A DNA stretch of 64,000 nt from Gemmatimonadota bacterium. Lineage in GTDB: Bacteria > Gemmatimonadota > Gemmatimonadetes > Palauibacterales > Palauibacteraceae. The translations under genes were made by a program, and so were the position numbers. A model generated the notes under the pieces. The model did not search any database. It saw nothing but the letters and a program-made list of their open reading frames with translations, and was not told the DNA's origin. Shown here one piece after another: positions 27,940 to 36,659 of the stretch (positions are counted from its first letter, which is position 1; every line of letters begins with the position of its first letter). The stretch spans positions 2,272,001 through 2,336,000 of the forward strand of contig OZ220691.1 in assembly GCA_965116475.1 (NCBI GenBank), read 5' to 3'.

Positions 27940-29144
27940 GGCGTGGCCCGTTTCCTGGCGGGGTCGAAGAACGGGGTCTTCGCCACCATCGCCCGGGCCC
28001 GGTCCCGCCGGTGTTCGACGGTCACCTCGATCTCGAGTTCGGTGCCGACGACCGCGGACGCCGCTTCGAGGTGCGCCAGTCCCAGATAGGTCTTGAGGGT
28101 CGGGGACCAGCCCCGGCTCGTGGCGTACCCCACCTGCCGCCCGCCGGCGTACAGCGGCACGCTGTCGCGCAGAGTCGTGCCCGGAAGCTGCGGGGGGAGG
28201 CCGACGGTCGCGTACGCCGCTTCGAGCGACTCCCAGTCGAGGGTGATGCCCCGGAAGCGCCAGGCGGGCGGGAGGTCCCGTTCGACCCGGAGCGCCGCCC
28301 GGCCCACGAAGTTCAACGCCTCGAGCGACACGGTCCAGCCGAGCCCGAGTTCGTACGGAGACGATTTCTGGTCGTCGATGACCGCACGGTGGGCCGGGAT
28401 GAAGTCGACGTCGACGAGGAGCAGGCCGGCCTCGAGGCGCGCCATGTCCAGGGCGAGCATGCCCGCCGGGGCGAGGCCGAACGGCTCACCCGCCGCCGTG
28501 AGGGCGTCCCACAGCGGAATCGCGTCCGCGGCGCCGACCCAGATCTCGTAGCCGAGGTCGCCCGTGTAGCCCGTCCGCGAGATCTCCGCGGCGATCCCCC
28601 CGATTCGCGCCGACATCACGCGGAAATAGCGGAGTCCCGCCACGTCGCCGTCCGTGATCCGCCCGAGCAGATCGCGCGAACGGGGCCCCTGGACGGCGAG
28701 CGCGGCCACCCGCTCCGTCTCCTCCTCGATGTTCACGTCGAGTCCGCGCGCGTTCTCGTGCAGCCACTTCAGCGTCGGTTCGGCGGACGTGAGGCGGAAG
28801 TCGGACGCGCCGAGCCGGTGCAGGGTGCCGTCGTCCCGCACCTTCCCCGCCGCGTCGCACCAGGGCGTGTAGTACACCTGCCCCACGTCCTGCTGCTCGA
28901 CATCCCGCGTGACGACCCGGTTCGCGAGCGCCGCCGCGCCCGGGCCCGACAGCCGGTACTTGTAGAGCGGCGAGACGTCGATGAGGGCGCACGCCGAACG
29001 GATGGCCTGGTACTCGTGCTCGTGGGTCGGCTCGTAGGAACCCGCCGAGAGATATCCGGCCCAGCGCCGCCAGTTGCCGGCCTGGCAGAGCCGACCGGTC
29101 CGCTCGTGAAAGGGCGTTCCCCGGACGACGGAAGGCGCTGGCAC
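27936..29144 (-). CDS. Aminomethyltransferase (GcvT-like, folate-binding) family protein
   Basis: TPFH, EYQAIR...DVSPL, DDGT, SRTGYTGDLGYE, RLEAG, PFFDP; start uncertain. Confidence 0.9.
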   Translation of the reverse strand: MPAPSVVRGTPFHERTGRLCQAGNWRRWAGYLSAGSYEPTHEHEYQAIRSACALIDVSPLYKYRLSGPGAAALANRVVTRDVEQQDVGQVYYTPWCDAAGKVRDDGTLHRLGASDFRLTSAEPTLKWLHENARGLDVNIEEETERVAALAVQGPRSRDLLGRITDGDVAGLRYFRVMSARIGGIAAEISRTGYTGDLGYEIWVGAADAIPLWDALTAAGEPFGLAPAGMLALDMARLEAGLLLVDVDFIPAHRAVIDDQKSSPYELGLGWTVSLEALNFVGRAALRVERDLPPAWRFRGITLDWESLEAAYATVGLPPQLPGTTLRDSVPLYAGGRQVGYATSRGWSPTLKTYLGLAHLEAASAVVGTELEIEVTVEHRRDRARAMVAKTPFFDPARKRATP

Positions 29145-29184
29145 GGTGATGTTCCGCGGGTGGCTGGCTGCCGGATCCGCTGAG

Positions 29185-31173
29185 CTAGCCGGGGAGCCGC
29201 AGGGCGACGAGTTCCGCGGGCACGCCACGCCCCGCCACGGCGGCGACGATGTACTGCCGGCCGTCGTGCATGTACGTCATCGGGACGCCGGTCTGGTGCG
29301 ACGGCAGTTCGATCTCGGCCAGGATCTCGCCCGTCTCCTTGTCGTGCGCGCGCAGGAGGCCGGTGCGGTCCGCCGACATCGTGCCCCCGCCCGTCCCCGC
29401 GAAGAGCAGCGTGCGCGTGGCGAGGAGTCCCGCCCGGCTGGGCCGCCCGGTGCGCGGCACGTCGACGCCTTCCAGCGCCGGGTGTTCCTCCACGAACGAC
29501 GGCGTGTGGTCGTTCGCGACCTGCCACACCATTTGTCCCGTATTCATGTCGAGCGCCGAGATCCGTCCCCACGGCGGCTTCAGGATCGGCAGGCCCTGCG
29601 GGCCGCCGACGCCCCGGGGACGTCCGGCGATGTAGCGCATGTTCGACGATTCGGGATCGTTCACGAGGCCGATCACGGTGCCGCGCGTCGCGGACCCCAC
29701 GAACAGGCGCTGCGTCTCCGGGTCGTACGCCGCGCCGGGCCAGTTCGCCCCGCCCAGGCTGCCGGGCGTGATGAGCGTCCCCTGGTTGCCCCCCTCGACG
29801 AGCACCGTCGGCGGCGTGAACAACTCGCCGAGCGTGAGGTTCTTCGCGATCTGGAGCGCTTCCGCCTTGAGTTCCGGCGTGAGGTCGATGAGGTCGTCCT
29901 CGGTCGCGCCCTGCATGTCGAACGGCACGGGGAGCGTCGGGAAGGGCTGCGTGGGCGCGTACCATTCCCCCGGCACGTCGCCGGCGGGCACGGGCCGTTC
30001 CTCGATCGGCCACACGGGCTCGCCCGTCACGCGGTCGAAGACGTACGTGAAGGCCTGCTTCGTCACCTGCGCGACGGCCGGGATCTCCCGCCCGTCCACC
30101 GTGATGTCCATCAGAACGGGCGCTGCCGGCGGATCGAAGTCCCAGATCCCGTGATGGACGGTCTGGAAATACCACACGACTTCGCCCGTGCTCGCGTCCA
30201 CGCACACGAGGCTCTGCGAGTAGAGGTTGTCGCCGGGACGGTGGCCACCGTAGTAGTCGCCCGTCCCCGCCTCCACCGGCAGATAGACGTAGCCCAGGTC
30301 GAGGTCCGCCGTGAACGGCGTCCAGACCGCGGCGTTCCCCGTGTAGTCCCAGGACCCGTCTTCCCACGTCTCGTGGCCGGGGTCGCCCGGCTGGGGGATC
30401 GTGTGGAAGGTCCACAGTTGCTCGCCCGTGCGCGCGTCGAAGCCCCGCACGTGGCCCGGCGGCATCTCCTTCGTCGGAGGACGTCCCCCCTGCGGGAGCG
30501 CGGCGCCGACGACGATCACATCTCCGACGACGACCGGGGGTGAACTCGATCCGATGCGGTCGTTCACCAGGTCCACTTCCCGCCCGAGTCCGAGCTTGAG
30601 ATCCACGATCCCCTCCTCGCCGAAGGCCGGGTCGGGGAGGCCGGTCTTCGCGTCCAGCGAGACCATGTGGTAGGCGGGGGTGATGAGAAGCACCCGTTCT
30701 TCGGCGCCATCCGTCCAGTAGCCGACGCCGCGCCCGGAGTTGCCGCGCGGCGCGTTCCGGCCGCGTTCGCCCTCGTCGAGCCGGTACATCCAGAGCGTCT
30801 CTCCCGTTGCCGGATCAATCGCCACCGCCGCCCGCCGGAATCCCGCCGTGGCGTACAGGACCCCGTTCGCGTACAGCGGGGTCACGCGGTAGTAGCCCTC
30901 GGGCGTCGGACCGAAGTTGCGCGCCTGCCAGCGCCACGCGATCTCCAGGTCCTCCACGTTCGAGGCGTCGATCTGGTCGAGCGGCGCGTAGCGCGTGGAG
31001 CCGGCGTCCCCGGCCCAGTAGCGCCATTCCCCGTCCGCCGTCCCGGACTGGGCGACCAGTGCGGAAGGCCCGGCGCCGAGTCCCATGCCGAGTCCCATGC
31101 CGAGTCCCGCGCCGAGCAGGACCAGGCTGCCCAGCCAGTTGGAACACCTGTTGCTTCCCTTCATACGTTCCAC
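29185..31173 (-). CDS. PQQ-dependent dehydrogenase (glucose/quinate family), secreted
   Basis: RYAPLDQI, PGHVRGFD, WYFQTVHHGIWDFD, GGANWPG, KPPWG, PMTY...GRQY. Confidence 0.92.
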   Translation of the reverse strand: MERMKGSNRCSNWLGSLVLLGAGLGMGLGMGLGAGPSALVAQSGTADGEWRYWAGDAGSTRYAPLDQIDASNVEDLEIAWRWQARNFGPTPEGYYRVTPLYANGVLYATAGFRRAAVAIDPATGETLWMYRLDEGERGRNAPRGNSGRGVGYWTDGAEERVLLITPAYHMVSLDAKTGLPDPAFGEEGIVDLKLGLGREVDLVNDRIGSSSPPVVVGDVIVVGAALPQGGRPPTKEMPPGHVRGFDARTGEQLWTFHTIPQPGDPGHETWEDGSWDYTGNAAVWTPFTADLDLGYVYLPVEAGTGDYYGGHRPGDNLYSQSLVCVDASTGEVVWYFQTVHHGIWDFDPPAAPVLMDITVDGREIPAVAQVTKQAFTYVFDRVTGEPVWPIEERPVPAGDVPGEWYAPTQPFPTLPVPFDMQGATEDDLIDLTPELKAEALQIAKNLTLGELFTPPTVLVEGGNQGTLITPGSLGGANWPGAAYDPETQRLFVGSATRGTVIGLVNDPESSNMRYIAGRPRGVGGPQGLPILKPPWGRISALDMNTGQMVWQVANDHTPSFVEEHPALEGVDVPRTGRPSRAGLLATRTLLFAGTGGGTMSADRTGLLRAHDKETGEILAEIELPSHQTGVPMTYMHDGRQYIVAAVAGRGVPAELVALRLPG

Positions 31174-31351
31174 TCCGCGTGGCTTGTGCGAAGCTCCAAG
31201 CGACCCCCGGGGCCTTCCCCGGCAACGCCCCTACAGTCCGATGCGACGCCCCGGCGGGCAACACTTCGCCTGCCTCGCAGTCTCGGCCGGTAGCTCGCGG
31301 ATTTCCGGCACACGACACTAGATTTTGCGTCGTCGGAAGCGCGGGAGATCC

Positions 31352-31837
31352 ATGAGACTTCGTGGCTTGGTGATACTGACAGCGGCCACCGCGCCTGGCC
31401 TGTCGTGTAGCGGGGAGGCAATCGGGCCGCGGGGCAGCCTGTGCGACACGCGGCACGGGGCCGAGGTGTGCGTGGACCGGCCCGAGTACCGGTCCAACGA
31501 GGTCATCGTCATCACCACGCGCAACGTGTCCGACGGTCCGATCTTCAAGGATGCGTGCGGTACGACCGCGTTGCCCGATCCGGATTCCGAAGAGGACTTC
31601 AGGCCGGCCTACAATCCGCGGCGACACTGTGGCCCGGGGGTCACGCGAACCGTAATCGTGGAGCGCATGGTGAGGCTCGAACCCGGAGCATCGACCACGG
31701 AGATCCTGCGGTTGGGTTACTCTCCGCAGGACTTCTTACGCGTGACGGTGTGGCTGCTGACGCCGGACGGGGAGCCGGCCTTCGCCACGCCGGCGACGAG
31801 CGGCGTCTTCGTCATCTTCCCGGGAGCGAACAACTGA
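31352..31837 (+). CDS. Hypothetical lipoprotein, paralog 1
   Basis: Lipobox-like GLSC; strong similarity to the downstream ORF. Confidence 0.7.
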   Translation: MRLRGLVILTAATAPGLSCSGEAIGPRGSLCDTRHGAEVCVDRPEYRSNEVIVITTRNVSDGPIFKDACGTTALPDPDSEEDFRPAYNPRRHCGPGVTRTVIVERMVRLEPGASTTEILRLGYSPQDFLRVTVWLLTPDGEPAFATPATSGVFVIFPGANN

Positions 31838-31869
31838 ACCACGAACCCCCGAACCTTCGGAGACCGAAG

Positions 31870-32355
31870 ATGTCGCGCAGGCTGCTCATGTCCATTCCGG
31901 CCGCCGTGCTCCTGCTGTCGTGCGGTGAGGACGCCACGGGCCCCGTGGGTTCGCTCTGCGCGACCCAGCACGGCCTCGAGGTCTGCGTGGACCGGCCCGA
32001 ATACGAACCCAGAGAGTCGATCACCGTCACTTCGCGGAACGTATCCGGCGCTCGAATCTTCAAGGACTCGTGCGCGATCAAGCCCGTGGGCGTGACGAAT
32101 CTCGAAGTGGAATTCGAGGCGTTCTACAACCCCACGCTGCACTGCGGCCGCGAGGCCACGCGCGACGACATCGTCGAGCACATGGTCGAACTCGAACCCG
32201 GAGACTCCGTACGGGAGACCGTGACGCTGCCGTTCTTCTCGTTCCAGGGGTGGTATCGCGTGAACGTGTGGCTCCTGGATGCGGAAGGGAACCTCGCCGT
32301 CGACACTCCGGCGACGAGCGGGATCTTCCAGGTCTTCCCCTCCGTGGGGGAATAG
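31870..32355 (+). CDS. Hypothetical lipoprotein, paralog 2
   Basis: Signal peptide with LLSC lipobox; shares EVCVDRPEY, IFKD.C, YNP..HCG, TPATSG with paralog 1. Confidence 0.75.
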   Translation: MSRRLLMSIPAAVLLLSCGEDATGPVGSLCATQHGLEVCVDRPEYEPRESITVTSRNVSGARIFKDSCAIKPVGVTNLEVEFEAFYNPTLHCGREATRDDIVEHMVELEPGDSVRETVTLPFFSFQGWYRVNVWLLDAEGNLAVDTPATSGIFQVFPSVGE

Positions 32356-32361
32356 CGGCCC

Positions 32362-33237
32362 GTGGCAAACCCGGCCGGCTTGCTTCGCGCCGACCTGTCG
32401 CGAGTTCTCCTGACCGCGCTCGCCGCGACGGGGCTCCCGGCGGCCGCCCCCTCCGCGGGCCAGGCGCCGGCTGCGGTGCGTGAATTCCATGCGCCGGCCG
32501 CCGTCTCCCCGCCCGCGATCGACGGATCGCTCGATGACGCGGCCTGGCGGGCCGCGCCGTGGACGGAGCCCTTCGTCGACATTCGTGGCGAGGGTTGGCC
32601 CGAACCCCGCCTCCGGACGCGCGCCAAGATCGTGTGGGACGAACGCTTCCTCTACGTGGGAGCCGAACTCGAGGAGCCGCACCTGTGGGCGACACTGGCC
32701 GAGCGCGACGCCATCCTCTACCGGGAACACGACTTCGAGGTCTTCCTCGACCCGGACGGCGACGGCCTCGCCTACTACGAACTCGAAATCAACGCGCTCG
32801 GGACCGAGTTCGACCTCTTCCTCGACAGGCCGTACCGCCGAAAGGGGAAGGCGGACGTCGGCTGGGACATCGAGGGCCTGCGCACCGCGGTGCGTCTCGA
32901 CGGCACGCTGAACGACCCCGCCGACGAGGACACCGGCTGGTCGGTCGAGATTGCGATTCCATGGTCGGCGCTGCATCCCCCCGGCGCCCCCGCGGACGCG
33001 GCGGTCGAGACGGTCGCGGCCCCGAGGCCCGGCGATGTCTGGCGCGTGAACTTCTCGCGCGTGCAGTGGCCGCTCACGGTCGTGGATGGACAATACCGGA
33101 AGGTGCGCGAACCCGCGGACTGGAGCGATCACCCCGAAGACAACTGGGTGTGGTCGCCGCAGGGTGAGATCGACATGCACATACCGGAGAGGTGGGGCGT
33201 CGTGCGCTTCGTCGCCGGCCGGGACGGGTCCCCGTGA
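32362..33237 (+). CDS. Carbohydrate-binding family 9-like (DOMON-like) protein
   Basis: IDGSLDD..W, FVDIRG, DFEVFLDPDGD, YYELEINA, WSVEIAIPW, WRVNFSR, WVWSPQG. Confidence 0.85.
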   Translation: MANPAGLLRADLSRVLLTALAATGLPAAAPSAGQAPAAVREFHAPAAVSPPAIDGSLDDAAWRAAPWTEPFVDIRGEGWPEPRLRTRAKIVWDERFLYVGAELEEPHLWATLAERDAILYREHDFEVFLDPDGDGLAYYELEINALGTEFDLFLDRPYRRKGKADVGWDIEGLRTAVRLDGTLNDPADEDTGWSVEIAIPWSALHPPGAPADAAVETVAAPRPGDVWRVNFSRVQWPLTVVDGQYRKVREPADWSDHPEDNWVWSPQGEIDMHIPERWGVVRFVAGRDGSP

Positions 33238-34343
33238 GGCGCAGGGAGTTCGTCCGGGCCGCGGGCGGCGCGGCGGCGCTGGGGGCGGCGCTCCCCGCCT
33301 GCGCGTTCCCGCCCGATCCGGAAGCGCCCTTCACGCTGTGGACGTGGGTGCACGGGAACCGCGACCGCGACGCCTCCGCCTGGCGCGAACAGTTCGCCCG
33401 CCTGCGGGAGGCCGGCTTCCACGCCGTCCTCGTGGGCGGCGGCGATATCGACTTGGTCTCGCGGGCGGCGCGCGCGGAGGGACTCGAGTATCACCGCTGG
33501 TTCTGGACGATGAACCGCAACGGCGACGCCTGGGTGCAGGAGAACCATCCGGAGTGGTTCACGGTGAGCCGCAACCTCGAGAGTTCGCTCGATCAGCCCC
33601 CCTACGTCGGGTACTACAAGTGGGTCTGCCCTTCGCGCGGACCCGTGCGCGAATACCTGCGCGGACGCATCGCGGACCTCGCCGCCCAACCGGCCGTGGA
33701 CGGGGTCCACCTCGACTACGTGCGCCACTGCGACGTCATCCTCCCCCGCGCCCTGTGGGAGACCTACGACCTCGTGCAGGATGTCGAGCACCCGGAGTTC
33801 GACTTCTGCTACTGCGACGTCTGCCGCGAGCAGTTTCGCGCCCTCGACGGGAGGGATCCGCTGGAGATCCCCGACCCGCCGGCCGACGAGGCCTGGCGCC
33901 GCTTCCGGTGGGACTCCGTGACCGGCGCGGTGCGCGAACTCGCCGAGGCGGCCCACGAGCACGGGAAGCCCATCACCGCCGCCGTCTTCCCGACTCCCTC
34001 CATCGCCCGCAGGCTGGTCCGCCAGGACTGGGACCGTTGGCCGCTCGACCGCTTCTTCCCGATGCTCTACCAGAGCTTCTACCTGGAGGACATCCCCTGG
34101 ATCGGAGAGGGCGTGCGCGAGGGCATCGCGGCCCTCGAGGCGGCGGCTTCCACCGCGTCCACCGCGGGCCCGGCAGAGGCCCGGCCGCTGAACGCCGGAC
34201 TCTACCTGCCCGCGCTCGATCCCGCCGCGCTGGCCGAGGCCGTCGCGACCGCGCGCGAGGCGGGCGCGGCCGGCGTGTCGACGTTCGAGATGGACGGTCT
34301 CACGGACGAACACCTCGCCGCCCTCCGCGACGCCACGGCCTAG
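33234..34343 (+). CDS. Tat-exported glycoside hydrolase-like (GHL10) lipoprotein
   Basis: RRREF twin-arginine signal with PAC; HPEW, CPS, DGVHLDYVR, QDW, PMLY motifs. Confidence 0.8.
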   Translation: MRRREFVRAAGGAAALGAALPACAFPPDPEAPFTLWTWVHGNRDRDASAWREQFARLREAGFHAVLVGGGDIDLVSRAARAEGLEYHRWFWTMNRNGDAWVQENHPEWFTVSRNLESSLDQPPYVGYYKWVCPSRGPVREYLRGRIADLAAQPAVDGVHLDYVRHCDVILPRALWETYDLVQDVEHPEFDFCYCDVCREQFRALDGRDPLEIPDPPADEAWRRFRWDSVTGAVRELAEAAHEHGKPITAAVFPTPSIARRLVRQDWDRWPLDRFFPMLYQSFYLEDIPWIGEGVREGIAALEAAASTASTAGPAEARPLNAGLYLPALDPAALAEAVATAREAGAAGVSTFEMDGLTDEHLAALRDATA

Positions 34344-34364
34344 CCCGTCCACCAGCGCGGCGCC

Positions 34365-34391
34365 GGGCTCTTGTCCCCCGGGGACGAGCCC
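34365..34391. terminator. Intergenic hairpin
   Basis: GGGCTC-TT-GTCCCC/GGGGAC-GAGCCC inverted repeat; no U-tract. Confidence 0.3.
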
Positions 34392-34441
34392 ACCAACATC
34401 GATGGACCGCGACGGGCCACCGCCAACCGCAGGAGTCTGCC

Positions 34442-36496
34442 ATGTCTCGCCGCATCCTCGGACTCGGAATCCTCGCCGTTCTCGTCTCCGCCTCCCCCGC
34501 CACCGGCCAGCGACGGGCGATGACGATCGTGGACCTCATCGACATCCCCGGACTCGCCGACCCCCGGATATCGCCGGACGGGTCGGAGGCGCTGTACGTG
34601 AGGACGGACACCGACTGGGAAGCCAACGGCACGGTTTCCCACATCTGGCGCGTCGCGATGGACGGCTCCGGCACGACACGCATGACGAACGGCGAGGGCG
34701 GCGAGTCGAGCCCGCGCTGGTCGCCCGACGGCTCGCGCATCGCCTTCGTCGCGAACCGGCACGACACGGAGCACAACCAGGTGTTCACGATGCCGACCCG
34801 CGGCGGCGAGGCCGGCGCCGTGAGCGACCACCCGACGCCCGTGGGTTCGATCTCGTGGTCCGGCGACGGCGCCTGGATCTACTTCATGGCGGTCGACGAG
34901 AAGTCCGAGGCGGAGAAGGCGCGCGAAGCGGTCAATGACAACGTGTTTCGCTATGAGGAGGACAAGCGCCCCACCGGACTGTGGCGGGTGCCGAGCGAGG
35001 GCGGGGCGGCGGAGCGCGTGACGGAGCCCGGCCTGATGGTCCGCGGGTACTCGACCTCGCGCGACGGCACGCTCCTCCTCGTGCAGTTGGCGCCCACCGC
35101 CCTCTACGACGACCTGCTCAACTCCGAACTGTGGGTGATGGGTCCCGATGGGGCGGATGCGCGCCGGATCACCGACAATCACGTGGGGGAGGTGGGGGCC
35201 TCGCTCTCGCCCGACAACCGCCACGCGCTCTTCGTCGCCAACACGAACGACGAACTGAGCGACTTCTACTTCAACCAGCGCCTGTTCGTCGTCCCGACCG
35301 ACGGCGGCGACCCCGTCTCGGTCGTGCCCGGCGGGAGCTTCGACGTGAACGCCGCCGTGTGGTCGCGCGACGGCCGCTCGATCTACTTCCGCGCCAACAC
35401 GGGGGTCCGCCAGCAGATCTACTCCGTGCCGGCCGACGCCTCCGATGCGGCACGGGCCGAAGCGGTCACCGAGGGCGATCACTCGGTCGGCGCGTGGGAC
35501 TACCACCCCTCCTCCGGCACGCACCTCTATTCCGTCAGCAGTCCGACCAACGCGGGGGATCTGTGGGCGATGGCCCGGTCCGGGCAGCCGCAACAGGTCA
35601 CCCGCCTGTTCGACTACCTGGCCGAGGAGTTCCTCCTGCCGCGCATGGAGGCGGTGCAGTACGCCGGCGACGACGGCGTCGAGGTGGAGGGTCTCATCTT
35701 CTATCCCATCGACTACCGGGAGGGTGAGCGCTATCCGCTCGTCGTGCAGACGCACGGCGGTCCCCCGTCGTCCGACAAGTTCCGCTTCGCGCGCTCGAGC
35801 AACTACGAGACCGTGCTCGCCGCGCGCGGCTGGTTCGTCTTCAAGCCCAACTATCGGGGGTCCACCGGATACGGCGACGACTTCCTGCGCAACATGATCG
35901 GCAACTACTTCGACCAGGCCCACAAGGACGTGATGGCCGGGGTGGACTATCTCATCGAGCGCGGACTCGTGGACGGCGACCGCATGGCGAAGATGGGCTG
36001 GAGCGCCGGCGGCCACATGACGAACAAGATCATCACGTACACGGACCGCTTCAAAGCCGCGTCGTCCGGCGCGGGGGCCGTGAACTGGATGTCGATGTAC
36101 GCGCAGTCCGACGTCCGCATCTATCGCACGCCGTGGTTCGGGGGCACGCCGTGGTCGGAGGACGCTCCGATCGAGCAGTACATGGCCGACTCGCCGCTCT
36201 TCGACCTGCACAAGGTCGTGACGCCGACCCTGGTGCTCGTCGGGGAGAACGACGAGCGCGTGCCGATGCCGCAGTCGGTCGAACTGTACCAGGGGCTCAA
36301 GCACAACGGCGTCCCGACCCACCTCTACGTGGCGCCCGAGCAGGGACACGGCTGGGTCGAACTGCAGCAGCGCCTGTTCAAGGCGAACGTCGAGCTGGAC
36401 TGGTACTACCGTTGGGTGCTGGACGAGGACTACGAGTGGGAGACCTCCCCCGTCCACCCGGACAGGAAAGCGGCCGTCACCACCGCCGGCGGGTAG
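34442..36496 (+). CDS. S9 family (acylaminoacyl/dipeptidyl) peptidase, secreted
   Basis: Signal peptide, PD40 repeats, HGGP, NYRGSTGYG, GWSAGG, DERVP, GHG catalytic motifs. Confidence 0.92.
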   Translation: MSRRILGLGILAVLVSASPATGQRRAMTIVDLIDIPGLADPRISPDGSEALYVRTDTDWEANGTVSHIWRVAMDGSGTTRMTNGEGGESSPRWSPDGSRIAFVANRHDTEHNQVFTMPTRGGEAGAVSDHPTPVGSISWSGDGAWIYFMAVDEKSEAEKAREAVNDNVFRYEEDKRPTGLWRVPSEGGAAERVTEPGLMVRGYSTSRDGTLLLVQLAPTALYDDLLNSELWVMGPDGADARRITDNHVGEVGASLSPDNRHALFVANTNDELSDFYFNQRLFVVPTDGGDPVSVVPGGSFDVNAAVWSRDGRSIYFRANTGVRQQIYSVPADASDAARAEAVTEGDHSVGAWDYHPSSGTHLYSVSSPTNAGDLWAMARSGQPQQVTRLFDYLAEEFLLPRMEAVQYAGDDGVEVEGLIFYPIDYREGERYPLVVQTHGGPPSSDKFRFARSSNYETVLAARGWFVFKPNYRGSTGYGDDFLRNMIGNYFDQAHKDVMAGVDYLIERGLVDGDRMAKMGWSAGGHMTNKIITYTDRFKAASSGAGAVNWMSMYAQSDVRIYRTPWFGGTPWSEDAPIEQYMADSPLFDLHKVVTPTLVLVGENDERVPMPQSVELYQGLKHNGVPTHLYVAPEQGHGWVELQQRLFKANVELDWYYRWVLDEDYEWETSPVHPDRKAAVTTAGG

Positions 36497-36659
36497 CTCC
36501 GGGCCGCTGGCTACCCCGGGGCCAGCGGATGGTATCCCGCTCCCGTCCTCTGGTGACCGTCCCTGCCGCTGGACGGCTCGCCGTGAGGTCGGTACCGTCT
36601 TCGCCGGCTGTCAGGCAGGAGACACCACACCGGTCAGGGCTCGACGGGGGGAGCGTGAG

